From assembly GCA_947630455.1 (NCBI GenBank), contig CANRHP010000006.1, positions 1 through 46,048 on the forward strand: a stretch of DNA of 46,048 bases, read 5' to 3'. Below the pieces are notes generated by a model. That model had not been told where the DNA came from and searched no databases. It saw nothing but the letters and a program-made list of their open reading frames with translations. Positions 18,950-28,211 of this stretch are shown here, piece by piece. Each line of letters begins with the position of its first letter. Within the stretch, counting starts at the first letter, position 1. This stretch comes from an uncultured Clostridia bacterium (GTDB taxonomy: Bacteria > Bacillota > Clostridia > Christensenellales > CAG-314). The translations under genes were made by a program, and so were the position numbers.

Positions 18950-19573
18950 ATGAATATCATTCTATTGGGCGCGCCGGGCAGCGGCAAAGGTACCATGGCG
19001 CAAAAGCTCACGGGCGAGTTGAAAATTCCCCAAATTTCCACCGGCGATATCTTCCGTAAAAACTTGAAAGAAGAAACGCCTCTTGGACTGCAAATCAAAG
19101 ACATTTTGAACGGCGGCGGGCTTGTTCCCGACGAAATTACAATAGAAATCGTCAAAAACAGGCTTGCCGAACCGGATTGCGCAAACGGCTATATTTTGGA
19201 CGGGTTTCCGCGTTCCATCGCTCAGGCGGAGGCGCTGGATAAATTTCAAAATATAGACTGTGCCATCAATCTTGACGTAGACAAGGAAACGATTGTTTCC
19301 CGTCTTTCGGGACGTCGTTTCTGCCCCGATTGCAGCGGTACGTTTCATGTGTCATCATTGGGCGATCCGACGGTCTGCCCGGTATGCGGCGGCAAACTTA
19401 TCGTTCGCAAGGATGACAGTGAAGAAACGGTACTGGAACGTCTGCGTGTGTATGAGACCACGACATTTCCGCTCATTGAGTACTACAAGGCTCAGAAAAA
19501 GTTGATCACAATCAACGGAACAGGCGGTGTGGAAGTGGTTTACCGTCGTATACTTGACGTTTTGCACAAATGA
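18950..19573 (+). CDS. adk: Adenylate kinase (zinc-type lid)
   Basis: GAPGSGKGT, ISTGDIFR, LDGFPR, CPDC..CPVC lid. Confidence 0.98.
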   Translation: MNIILLGAPGSGKGTMAQKLTGELKIPQISTGDIFRKNLKEETPLGLQIKDILNGGGLVPDEITIEIVKNRLAEPDCANGYILDGFPRSIAQAEALDKFQNIDCAINLDVDKETIVSRLSGRRFCPDCSGTFHVSSLGDPTVCPVCGGKLIVRKDDSEETVLERLRVYETTTFPLIEYYKAQKKLITINGTGGVEVVYRRILDVLHK

Positions 19574-20319
19574 TCACCATTAAATCGGACTCGCAAATAG
19601 CTCTCATGCGTCGGGCGAATGTAATAGTAAGAGATACGCTCAATTTATTGAGAGATCACACTAAACCCGGCATATCTACTTGGGAGCTCAACAGGATCGC
19701 ATACGAATACATTGTATCTCAAAATGCCAAACCCAGTTTTCTGCATTACAACGGTTTTCCCGCAAGCATTTGTGTTTCGGTGGATTGCGAAGTAGTGCAC
19801 GGTATACCCTCCAAGTATAAAGTTCTTCAAGAAGGGCAGATAGTCAGTTATGACTGCGGCGCTATCTATGAGGGCTGGCACGGAGACGCGGCGCGCACCG
19901 TCGCGGTGGGGCTTATCACTCCCGAGTGTCAGCAGCTCATCGACGTTACTGAGCAATGTTTCTTCAAGGGTGTGGAAAGCATCGTGCCGGGACACACCCG
20001 TTTGGGAGATCTTGGCCACGTAATACAAGCTTATGCCGAAAGCTTCGGCTATGGCGTGGTGCGTGAGTTGGTCGGGCACGGTATAGGCAGACAAATGCAC
20101 GAGGATCCCGAGGTTCCAAACTACGGCGTTCCGGGGCATGGTATGAGGCTTTCCGAAGGTATGACGATCGCGATCGAGCCCATGATCGCTATGGGCACCG
20201 AACGTGTGGATTGGATGGAGGACGGTTGGACGGTCAAAACAAAGGACCGTAAGCCCTCTGCCCACTACGAAAACACTATCGCCATCACCTCGCGTGGCAT
20301 AGAAATACTCAGCTTGTAG
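19570..20319 (+). CDS. map: Methionine aminopeptidase type I
   Basis: VVHGIP, HGDAART, GHGIG..HEDP, IEPM, SAHYENT. Confidence 0.98.
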   Translation: MITIKSDSQIALMRRANVIVRDTLNLLRDHTKPGISTWELNRIAYEYIVSQNAKPSFLHYNGFPASICVSVDCEVVHGIPSKYKVLQEGQIVSYDCGAIYEGWHGDAARTVAVGLITPECQQLIDVTEQCFFKGVESIVPGHTRLGDLGHVIQAYAESFGYGVVRELVGHGIGRQMHEDPEVPNYGVPGHGMRLSEGMTIAIEPMIAMGTERVDWMEDGWTVKTKDRKPSAHYENTIAITSRGIEILSL

Positions 20320-20613
20320 GTGAATATGAACAGTATACAAATAGGCAGCGTGGTGCTGTCAACGCAGGGACGTGACAAGGGGATGTACTTTGTGGTTACC
20401 GGCGTCGACGACAAGGCGGTTTATTTGGTTGACGGCGGTATGCGCAAGCTCGCCTCCCCCAAAAAGAAAAATCCGAAGCACCTTTCCGACAGCGGAGTAA
20501 AGCTGGATGCAATAGCCGCCAAGATCATAGATGGTAAAAAAGTGTTCGACAGCGAAGTAAAGAGTGCTTTGCGACAATTCGTTCAAAACCAACAGGAGAA
20601 ACAAAATGTCTAA
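20320..20613 (+). CDS. KOW-domain RNA-binding protein (L14e-like)
   Basis: [31 protein letters not shown] between map and infA, the usual Bacillota position; start GTG 20320 or ATG 20326. Confidence 0.88.
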   Translation: MNMNSIQIGSVVLSTQGRDKGMYFVVTGVDDKAVYLVDGGMRKLASPKKKNPKHLSDSGVKLDAIAAKIIDGKKVFDSEVKSALRQFVQNQQEKQNV

Positions 20614-20839
20614 AGACGATGTAATCGAAGTAGAAGGCGTAGTAGTCGAAGCACTGCGCAATGCGGAGTTTCGTGTGCGTCTCACCAACAATCATGAAGT
20701 GATTGCCTATGTTTCCGGTAAACTGCGTATTCACTCCATAAGGATTTTGCCCGGCGATGCCGTTAAGTTGGAAATGAGTCCCTACGACCTCACCAAGGGC
20801 AGGATAGTCTGGCGCACCAAAGGTGTAGTTCAGCAATAA
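20606..20839 (+). CDS. infA: Translation initiation factor IF-1
   Basis: [33 protein letters not shown]. Confidence 0.98.
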   Translation: MSKDDVIEVEGVVVEALRNAEFRVRLTNNHEVIAYVSGKLRIHSIRILPGDAVKLEMSPYDLTKGRIVWRTKGVVQQ

Positions 20840-20896
20840 CAAACAAAAAACAAACATCACACAGCGGAGTCTAACCCCTGTGTCAAGGAGGAAAAA

Positions 20897-21013
20897 ATGA
20901 AAGTAAAACCGTCTGTAAAACCCATGTGCGACAAGTGCAAGGTTATCAAACGTAATGGTAAGGTTATGGTTATTTGTTCCAAATATCCCAAGCACAAGCA
21001 AAGACAAGGTTAG
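20897..21013 (+). CDS. rpmJ: 50S ribosomal protein L36 (38 aa, zinc-ribbon type; absent from ORF track)
   Basis: Manual translation [38 protein letters not shown] after AAGGAGG. Confidence 0.98.
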   Translation: MKVKPSVKPMCDKCKVIKRNGKVMVICSKYPKHKQRQG

Positions 21014-21170
21014 ACTTTGTTGAGTAAGTTTGACAGCGCAAGCTGTTGCAACTTAGGATTCAATCACGACTGTTCAATCACAACATCATTCCACATAGGC
21101 TTGCGGTTGCTGCAGCGTGTCAATATACACTAAATCACACTAATTATTCAATCAACAAGGAGAAAATCAA

Positions 21171-21545
21171 ATGGCTCGTATTTCCGGTGTAGATTTACCC
21201 AGAGAAAAACGTATTGAAATCGGTTTGACCTACATTTACGGAATCGGACGTACCTCTGCTAAGGATATTTTGGCAGAAACGGGCGTCAATCCCGATACGC
21301 GCGTCAAGGACCTTACCGAAGACGACATATCCAAGATCCGTGACTGTATTGAAAAGAACTATCACGTCGAGGGCGACCTGAGACGTGAAGTTTCAATGAA
21401 CATCAAGAGACAAATAGAAATCGGCTCCTACCGCGGTATTCGTCACCGCAAGGGTCTGCCCGTAAGAGGACAGTCCACCAAGCAAAACGCGCGCACCCGC
21501 AAGGGACCCAAGCGCACCGTTTCCCGCGGCAAGAAAGCTAAATAG
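21171..21545 (+). CDS. rpsM: 30S ribosomal protein S13
   Basis: [25 protein letters not shown]. Confidence 0.99.
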   Translation: MARISGVDLPREKRIEIGLTYIYGIGRTSAKDILAETGVNPDTRVKDLTEDDISKIRDCIEKNYHVEGDLRREVSMNIKRQIEIGSYRGIRHRKGLPVRGQSTKQNARTRKGPKRTVSRGKKAK

Positions 21546-21558
21546 GAGGTAAGTAGAA

Positions 21559-21951
21559 ATGGCAGGAAAGAAAGTTGTCAAAAAGAGAAGAGATTTACGC
21601 AAAGTTGACAAGGGACAAGTACACATTCACGCTTCCTTCAACAACACGATAGTAACTTTTACCGACCTCAACGGTAATGCTCTCACTCAATGCAGCAGCG
21701 GCGCGTTGGGTTTCCGCGGATCCCGCAAAAGTACCGCTTTTGCCGCGCAGCAAGCGTGCGAAACAGCCGCCAAGGCAGCAAAGGATATGTACGGCATACG
21801 TTCCGTGGAAGTTTACGTCAAGGGACCCGGTCAAGGACGCGAGTCGGCTATCCGCGCTCTGCAAACGGCAGAGATCGACGTTACGCTCATTCGCGACGTG
21901 TCGCCCATCGCTCACAACGGCTGCCGTCCGCCCAAGCGTAGAAGAGTTTAG
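21559..21951 (+). CDS. rpsK: 30S ribosomal protein S11
   Basis: [21 protein letters not shown]. Confidence 0.99.
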   Translation: MAGKKVVKKRRDLRKVDKGQVHIHASFNNTIVTFTDLNGNALTQCSSGALGFRGSRKSTAFAAQQACETAAKAAKDMYGIRSVEVYVKGPGQGRESAIRALQTAEIDVTLIRDVSPIAHNGCRPPKRRRV

Positions 21952-21966
21952 TAAAGGAGAATTACC

Positions 21967-22593
21967 ATGGCAAGAAATACAAGTGCAGATTGCCGTCAAT
22001 GCAGACGTGAAAAATGCAAGCTGTTTTTGAAGGGCGAAAGATGCTATACCGACAAGTGCCCCGTAACAAAACGCGGCAAGATCCCCGGTGTGCACGCCGA
22101 CAGCAGAAAGAAGGTAACCGAATACGGACAACAGCTCCGTGAAAAACAAAAGACAAAGCGCATCTACGGATTGCAGGAAAAGCAATTCCACAGCTACTAC
22201 GAGGAAGCCGAGCGCATGAAGGGAGTCACCGGCGCCAATATGCTTATTTTGCTTGAACAGCGTCTTGACAACGTAGTGTACCGTCTCGGTATAGGCGTTT
22301 CTCGTAGCCAGGCAAGACAGTTTGTCAACCACGGTCTCATCACCGTCAACGGCAAACGCGTCACAATTCCAAGCTATCAAGTCAAAGTAGGCGATATAAT
22401 TTCCATCAAGGAGAACAAGCGCGAGCAACCGCTGTTTGTTGAACTCAAAGGTGCCAAAAAACCCGCAAACATTCCGCAATGGTTGGATTTCGAGCCCTCC
22501 GAACTCACAGGCAAGGTGCTTGCAAAACCGCAGAGAGAAGACATCGACATGAGCATCCAAGAGCACATGATCGTCGAGTTGTACTCCAAGTAA
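21967..22593 (+). CDS. rpsD: 30S ribosomal protein S4 (Cys/zinc type)
   Basis: CRQCRRE..QLREKQK..LEQRLDNVVYRLG..IVELYSK. Confidence 0.99.
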   Translation: MARNTSADCRQCRREKCKLFLKGERCYTDKCPVTKRGKIPGVHADSRKKVTEYGQQLREKQKTKRIYGLQEKQFHSYYEEAERMKGVTGANMLILLEQRLDNVVYRLGIGVSRSQARQFVNHGLITVNGKRVTIPSYQVKVGDIISIKENKREQPLFVELKGAKKPANIPQWLDFEPSELTGKVLAKPQREDIDMSIQEHMIVELYSK

Positions 22594-22697
22594 TCTCTGT
22601 AATAGCGTCTGATTGGGCTATGACTCAATCCGCGCTGCATGCTTCGGCATGTATGCGCGTTACAAATAAAATTTAATATAAAGGAGATTGTTGTCCA

Positions 22698-23669
22698 ATG
22701 ATGGAAATAGAAAAACCGTTGATGACAGTGGACGAAAGCGGACAAAATGCCAGCATTATCAAGATCGTTGCCGAACCGCTCGAAAGAGGCTACGGAATCA
22801 CCCTCGGAAATGCTCTCCGCAGAGTGCTTCTTTCCGCTCTTCCCGGTGTTGCGGTAGTCGGTTTAAGGATCGAAGGCATACAACACGAGTTCAGCACTGT
22901 CAGCGGTGTCAAAGAAGACGTAACGGACATTATTCTCAACATAAAGCGTTTGGCTTTGAAATCGGATAATGACGACAATGATTTCAGAAAGACAATAACA
23001 ATCAACAAGGTTGGTCCGTGCGAGGTACATGCAGGCGATATCATCACCGACAGTGAAGTGGAGGTGTTGAATCCCGATTTGTACATCTGCACGATCGAAG
23101 AGGGCGGAAGCCTCAATTGTGAACTGTATGTGGCGCGTGGTCTCGGGTATGCTTCTATTGAAAAAAACAAGGAGCGCAATCGCGAGCTTAAGCTCAACTA
23201 TCCTATCGGATACATACCTATAGATTCCATTTTCGGACCTGTCAAAAAGGCCAGCTATACTGTGGAAAGCGCCCGCGTAGGACAGGATATCACACGCGAC
23301 AAGCTTACATTGGAAGTGGAAACCAACGGAGCATTCTCGGGTAGAGAAATAGTCTCTCTTGCAGCGCGCATCATAGAGGATCACATCAAGATGTTTGTAA
23401 ACTTGTCCGAAAATTTCAACAAGGATATCCTTATCCCGAGAGAAAGCGACAGTCACAAAAAGGTTTTGGAAATGAATATCGACGACATGGATTTGTCGGT
23501 TCGTTCCTACAACTGTCTCAAGCGCGCAGGTATCCAAACCGTGGAGGATTTGACGCGCCGCACTGAGGACGATATGCTCAAGGTACGCAACCTCGGCAGA
23601 AAATCGCTGGATGAAGTTATTGCCAAGTTGGAAAGCTACGGTCTGTCTTTGAAGAATAAGGATGAATAG
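22698..23669 (+). CDS. rpoA: RNA polymerase alpha subunit
   Basis: EPLERGYGITLGNALRRVLLS..LSVRSYNCLKRAGI..RNLGRKS. Confidence 0.99.
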   Translation: MMEIEKPLMTVDESGQNASIIKIVAEPLERGYGITLGNALRRVLLSALPGVAVVGLRIEGIQHEFSTVSGVKEDVTDIILNIKRLALKSDNDDNDFRKTITINKVGPCEVHAGDIITDSEVEVLNPDLYICTIEEGGSLNCELYVARGLGYASIEKNKERNRELKLNYPIGYIPIDSIFGPVKKASYTVESARVGQDITRDKLTLEVETNGAFSGREIVSLAARIIEDHIKMFVNLSENFNKDILIPRESDSHKKVLEMNIDDMDLSVRSYNCLKRAGIQTVEDLTRRTEDDMLKVRNLGRKSLDEVIAKLESYGLSLKNKDE

Positions 23670-23678
23670 GAGAAAATT

Positions 23679-24188
23679 ATGGCTACACAAAGAAAATTAG
23701 GTAAAGCAACCGATGCAAGACTCGCCTTGCTTAAAAATCAAGTTTCCCAACTGCTTTGGAACGGTAAATTGGAAACCACCGAGGCTCGCGCAAAGGAAGT
23801 GCAAAAGCTTGCAGAAAAATATATTACACTTGCAGTCAATACCTACAAAGATACCGTTGAAGTCAGCAAGGTAAAGATCGTCAAGGGCAAGGAAACAACC
23901 GTCAGTGTTCTGAATGACGGTCCACAAAAGTTGGCTGCCCGCCGCAAGCTTATTGCGGGGCTAGCCGATCTGCAGGAAGCGCGTCTCCCCAAAGAAAGCT
24001 CCACCGAGTACAAGGTGCGCACCAAGGAAGTGCGTCATCCTCTAATCGAAAAGCTTTTCAACGAGTACGCTCCCAAGTTTGACAAGCAGGCGGAGGAAAA
24101 AGGTCAACGCGGCGGTTATACGGCAATCTACAAGGAAAATAACCGTAGAGGTGACGGCGCCGAGATGGCACTCATTGTTGTTTTGTAA
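23679..24188 (+). CDS. rplQ: 50S ribosomal protein L17 (with internal insertions)
   Basis: RKLGK..LETTEARAKE..GGYT..RRGDGAEMA; follows rpoA. Confidence 0.95.
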   Translation: MATQRKLGKATDARLALLKNQVSQLLWNGKLETTEARAKEVQKLAEKYITLAVNTYKDTVEVSKVKIVKGKETTVSVLNDGPQKLAARRKLIAGLADLQEARLPKESSTEYKVRTKEVRHPLIEKLFNEYAPKFDKQAEEKGQRGGYTAIYKENNRRGDGAEMALIVVL

Positions 24189-24318
24189 GCATGTGATCGG
24201 CACACCGGTTTGATTTGCGCTTGGTTGCAAACACTCATGTAAACGCAGCTTCGCGTGTAATCTTACTGCATTGTTGTCTGTCTTACAAATTGTATGTTGA
24301 AACAATTTCAATTACATC

Positions 24319-24355
24319 GAAAAACCGATTTTGTTTAGGAAATCGGTTTTTCTTT
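24319..24355 (+). terminator. Intrinsic terminator after the alpha operon
   Basis: GAAAAACCGATTT-loop-AAATCGGTTTTTC-TTT. Confidence 0.8.
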
Positions 24356-24503
24356 ACGCTAAATTTAGCATTTGTCCTACTTTTTCGTTGTGCTATATCA
24401 AATGAAACCCAATTCGGCACAATTATATAAATATATCTCTGCGCCCGTTTCCGTTTTGTTGGATAACGCATATAATTCCCGACGAATTGACAGCGGAGGC
24501 ATA

Positions 24504-24620
24504 ATGTGCGATGAGCAGGAACAATCAAATAGATCAAGAAAAGATCCCGAAAGCGAGGTCAAAAAGACGGCAGATAAGATACAGAAAGTATATTTTTGCC
24601 GTCTTTTAATTAAAACATAA
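24504..24620 (+). CDS. Possible 38-aa peptide (MCDEQEQ..LLIKT)
   Basis: GGAGG RBS shortly upstream of the ATG; no recognisable motif. Confidence 0.25.
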   Translation: MCDEQEQSNRSRKDPESEVKKTADKIQKVYFCRLLIKT

Positions 24621-24635
24621 AAGGAGAACAGAGCA

Positions 24636-24851
24636 ATGGAATTTAAAGACAGAGCAGTTGTCTATCTCGACAAAATAAATTTAAGAAACGTCAATACGGG
24701 AGAGGAAACCTACTGCCCGCCGACAATCCTATGGAGTCGTGAACAATTAACAATGCCGAAATGTTTAACTCGTTGGAGGAAGCCTCAATATATTGGCGGA
24801 CTCGGGCACGAAGGGAGACCCCGGCGAAAAAAAGTAAGGATAGTAGTTTAA
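24636..24851 (+). CDS. Hypothetical 71-aa protein, possibly a gene remnant
   Basis: AAGGAG RBS and ATG; no family recognised. Confidence 0.35.
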   Translation: MEFKDRAVVYLDKINLRNVNTGEETYCPPTILWSREQLTMPKCLTRWRKPQYIGGLGHEGRPRRKKVRIVV

Positions 24852-25063
24852 TAAGATTTACGACCAATCAGCACGTCAATATCTTCGTGAAAATAATCCG
24901 CAAGCTTACATAAATAGTTAAGTGTAATTTCTCGTTGGCACAGCAAATATCGTGATAATGTGGCTTGGGGTATACCCGTATTTCGCGACAGATCACTTAC
25001 AGTCATATCGCCCATCAGTTCCTTCATATTTTTTGCAAAATTTTGCATATAACTACTTTTCAT
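24848..25063 (-). CDS. Small XRE/Cro-C1 family HTH transcriptional regulator
   Basis: FAKNMKELM..TVSDLSRNTGIPQATLSRY..REITLNYLCKLADYFHEDIDVLIGR matches the HTH_3 pattern. Confidence 0.9.
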   Translation of the reverse strand: MKSSYMQNFAKNMKELMGDMTVSDLSRNTGIPQATLSRYLLCQREITLNYLCKLADYFHEDIDVLIGRKSY

Positions 25064-25074
25064 ACCAGCATTTT

Positions 25075-25117
25075 ATTCCAATTGGTATCATTTTATTGAC
25101 TTTATACCAATTGGTAT
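25075..25117. promoter_or_regulatory. Twin palindromic operators upstream of the XRE gene
   Basis: ATTCCAATTGGTAT (25075-25088) and perfect palindrome ATACCAATTGGTAT (25104-25117) overlapping divergent promoter elements. Confidence 0.7.
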
Positions 25118-25483
25118 GATATCATGAAAAAAAACTAATCAAAGAATACTATTTTACAAAAAAACACAATGCGATGTCCGGTGCGATGTCAAATATTCTG
25201 AAGTTTAACAAACAAACGGTGGTGAAGCGATTGTTCTCGGTAAAAACTGTTGCAATTTTCACAATGTCCATAGTATAAGGCAGCTTTTTGCCCAAGGTCA
25301 AATACAAATTTTATGTGCTGCACGCCGATAAGCTTGCAGAACCGTGCTTAAATCAAATTTCAGTCATTGTGCATTTTTTTGATCCTTTCACGTCAAACTC
25401 ATATAGAAATAGTGTTGGAGCTGCGATAGCTTTTTAGCTGATATAAGAAAAAGCTTGTTTACATTTTAAAATCAGAGGTGGAT

Positions 25484-26101
25484 ATGTCAAATCAAACAAT
25501 TACAAGGTTGTACTGTTTGCGTGCGGGGTTGTCGCAGATAACACAGTACGTTAAGGAAATAGAAGGTGGTATGCGAAGGAAGTCTCCCATCGTTTTCCCT
25601 ACGGCATTGATGGCCAAGCGGCTTTTAAGTGCGCTCAACAACCGTTATGGAGAATGGTTGTCTCCTAACCGTTGGCGTTATTTGGATTTGCTTATCTGTT
25701 ATTTGCAAAAAGACGGTTCGGATTTAAACGTTGCTTTGCATATGCTGCAATCGGTTTTATTGACGCCGGAACAAGCTGAGCAGCAAGAATGTGACGCGCA
25801 TAATGATATAAGCGTAGAAATAGGCATGGGCTGCCCGCATTACAACTCCGAAATTATTGGGGAGCTAAGCCTATTGGCGTCGAGCGTAAGTGATGCGTCA
25901 GTGGAACTGTCGAAAATTTTCGAAAAAAAAGGCATAAACAACGATATAGATAAAAACATTATGCGTTGGCAGCTTAATGCGCGTTGCGTAACGGCGCAGT
26001 CATTGCGAATTGAGCTTACGAGAAAGTTGGAGTATTCCGCTCGGCAGCTCTATGACCACAAGATATTGTTATTGGCATACTTAAAGCGATTGCTCAATTG
26101 A
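25484..26101 (+). CDS. Hypothetical helical protein
   Basis: About 205-aa ORF with GAGGTG upstream (alternative start GTG 25478); no function recognised. Confidence 0.65.
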   Translation: MSNQTITRLYCLRAGLSQITQYVKEIEGGMRRKSPIVFPTALMAKRLLSALNNRYGEWLSPNRWRYLDLLICYLQKDGSDLNVALHMLQSVLLTPEQAEQQECDAHNDISVEIGMGCPHYNSEIIGELSLLASSVSDASVELSKIFEKKGINNDIDKNIMRWQLNARCVTAQSLRIELTRKLEYSARQLYDHKILLLAYLKRLLN

Positions 26102-26273
26102 CCAATTTGGGCTGCGGCAAAACTAATATTTGCCATGTAATTATGTGATACGGCAAAAAAATAGACGCAGAAAAGAGATTTTTACAACAATAGTATATAA
26201 TAAGCAAATTTTTAAATAAACCGGAGTAGTGTGTATCCCTAATACTTTTATTTTAAAATAATTGTCGCACACA

Positions 26274-26302
26274 TTGACAGGCAACGGCGGCGATGTTATA
26301 AT
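26274..26302 (+). promoter_or_regulatory. Consensus sigma-A promoter
   Basis: TTGACA-17 bp-TATAAT with TG extension. Confidence 0.85.
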
Positions 26303-26349
26303 TAAACGGAAGAACCCTATCGACAACCGATGACCTTGAGGACGCCCAA

Positions 26350-26859
26350 ATGAAAACAAAACGATTCGTCGCATCGCCAAAGATGTTGATTATTTTCACA
26401 ATATTGGTGTGCTTAGCTCTTTGCGGCTTGGCAGGCTATCTTGCGGGTACCTTCAGCAGAGCTGTTGATGACGTTGTTATGACGGTTTTTTTGACAGGAT
26501 TGCTTGCATGTATGGCAATCGCGTTGTTTATTGTCGGTTTTACTATGGGTGCGTTTGATCTTGTGTGTATGCAAGAGGATACAGTGTTGGTTTCGCGCTT
26601 CGGAAAAAAGCTGCGCGTTTATCGATTGAGTCAAAATACGCAGATATATGTACAAAAAAATCACAAAGGATCGCAATATATAGAGGTGCAATTTCCCGAA
26701 TATTTCGATTCGGCTGCGCAAAATTTCAAGGGAGTGCTGCTGCGTGATGGGTATGTACGTCTGTCCTATAGTGATTCGCGTCTGCAATATGTCAGAGACA
26801 TTGTGCAAAACTACAAAAGAAACATAGCCCCAATTGAGCAGCCTACGCAAACGTGGTAG
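26350..26859 (+). CDS. Hypothetical membrane protein (two N-terminal TM helices plus soluble domain)
   Basis: Two hydrophobic segments near the N-terminus; own promoter and downstream terminator. Confidence 0.75.
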   Translation: MKTKRFVASPKMLIIFTILVCLALCGLAGYLAGTFSRAVDDVVMTVFLTGLLACMAIALFIVGFTMGAFDLVCMQEDTVLVSRFGKKLRVYRLSQNTQIYVQKNHKGSQYIEVQFPEYFDSAAQNFKGVLLRDGYVRLSYSDSRLQYVRDIVQNYKRNIAPIEQPTQTW

Positions 26860-26879
26860 TCCAACCTGATGGCAGAAAT

Positions 26880-26911
26880 AAAAGTGACAGCAGTTTTGCC
26901 GTCACTTTTTT
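26880..26911. terminator. Bidirectional intrinsic terminator
   Basis: AAAAGTGACAGCA-GTTT-TGCCGTCACTTTTTT between convergent genes. Confidence 0.75.
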
Positions 26912-26933
26912 GTAATCGCATTTGTTAAGCAGG

Positions 26934-27905
26934 CTATTTTTCCCAGGTTATTTGCTGTTCAACGCGTATCGGGTAGCTTACAAGTGCGGTTCCGTTGAGA
27001 TTCTCGCGGTGCATATCCACAGCGGTAAGGCAGCCGTTGTTGTAGGTGGTGTAGTAGTATATTCCTCGTGAGGTGTTGCAGCAAGAAGAATAAATCGTGT
27101 ATTCATAACCGTGCTCCACGGCACAGCTGCCCTTTTGCTGAGCGACTGCCCCAAGTATACTAAAGAATTGTCCGACGCTGCTTGTTTCATCGCTTTTGCA
27201 CACGGAGTTGTTGAGAGTAAATGCCGCCCGCACAAAACGACTTGCCGAGCTCAGATCCCCCGGCAATCCGAAACCGCCTGCGCCGCGGCTGTATGCTTTG
27301 AGTTGTATGTCGGGTGCAAATCTGTTATTCGCTATTTCGCGAGTGGCTCCCAAATAGTGTGTCAAATTGAGCATATGAAAGTCGAATGTCGGGCTGTTTG
27401 TCATAACATTTACCGGATCGTCGAAGATTTTAAGTCCGTCGACGGTGCTTTCCACAACAATGGAGCGGTCGGCATCCGCTATGTGCCAATGCAGCGGAGA
27501 TGCCGGCAGCTTGTCGCTGAAATTTTCCGCGCACAGACTTACCTTGGCAAGCAGCTTGCGTGCCTCCGCTACCGTTGCGCATTGGGCAAGCACATAGGGT
27601 ATAAACTCAAATGGCGCAACATTGATTTTGTCCGATTTTTGTTCGAAGTAGTGAGCGTATGTGGGAAAGTTTAGTCCCGCCATGGATAATCCTGCTTCAT
27701 TGGTTGCATCGTAGTAGAGCGGATAGTCGTTTTGCACAAAAGCCATGCCTATCAGTGCATAGTGCGTTCTGACAGCGGGAGCGTGACGAAAAATAAACGT
27801 AAAGTTTCTTGGCGTCACTGTCACCGATTCGTTGTAGCTGAATTCGTAGTCCAAATTTCTGCCAAAATAATGGTCGGTTGTTTTAAAAGAGATGGAAGTA
27901 CACAT
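26934..27905 (-). CDS. bsh: Choloylglycine hydrolase (bile salt hydrolase / penicillin V acylase family)
   Basis: Start MCTSISF gives the N-terminal Cys nucleophile; GRNLDYE, NEAGL..GLNF, TNSP, GLPGDLSSASRFVR. Confidence 0.92.
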   Translation of the reverse strand: MCTSISFKTTDHYFGRNLDYEFSYNESVTVTPRNFTFIFRHAPAVRTHYALIGMAFVQNDYPLYYDATNEAGLSMAGLNFPTYAHYFEQKSDKINVAPFEFIPYVLAQCATVAEARKLLAKVSLCAENFSDKLPASPLHWHIADADRSIVVESTVDGLKIFDDPVNVMTNSPTFDFHMLNLTHYLGATREIANNRFAPDIQLKAYSRGAGGFGLPGDLSSASRFVRAAFTLNNSVCKSDETSSVGQFFSILGAVAQQKGSCAVEHGYEYTIYSSCCNTSRGIYYYTTYNNGCLTAVDMHRENLNGTALVSYPIRVEQQITWEK

Positions 27906-27957
27906 ATTTTTTACTCCGTATCGGATAATTTGCTCTTTATGAGCATTTGTATCGAGT

Positions 27958-27986
27958 ATTATACAATACTTCCAATTAAAATACAA
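27958..27986 (-). promoter_or_regulatory. Sigma-A promoter of bsh
   Basis: Minus strand TTGTAT-17 bp-TATAAT. Confidence 0.65.
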
Positions 27987-28211
27987 TACAAAATTTTATC
28001 AATGCCGATATCGCAAAAAAATTCTGTACAGCTGATAAACACTACGATGTAAATGTATACCTTTTGTGAATTTTTGCCGGGCAACTATACACACTATCCG
28101 AAGTGTGGTACAATATTACTTATTCGTCCCCATTGACAGACTTTTTTGAGGAGAGGAAGTTTTTCAATTATTGGGATATATGCCACAACCCGATTGCTAT
28201 GGGAGTGTACA

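Noticed and set aside
24290-24318. GTTGAAAC palindrome resembling a CRISPR repeat end (also ATTGAAAC near 46025)
   Set aside because: Single copies with no repeat-spacer periodicity and no cas genes
25170-25191. Direct repeat TGCGATGTC x2
   Set aside because: Only two 9-bp copies with no supporting context
24360-26300. Prophage or integrative element around the XRE gene
   Set aside because: No integrase, att repeats, replication or structural genes visible
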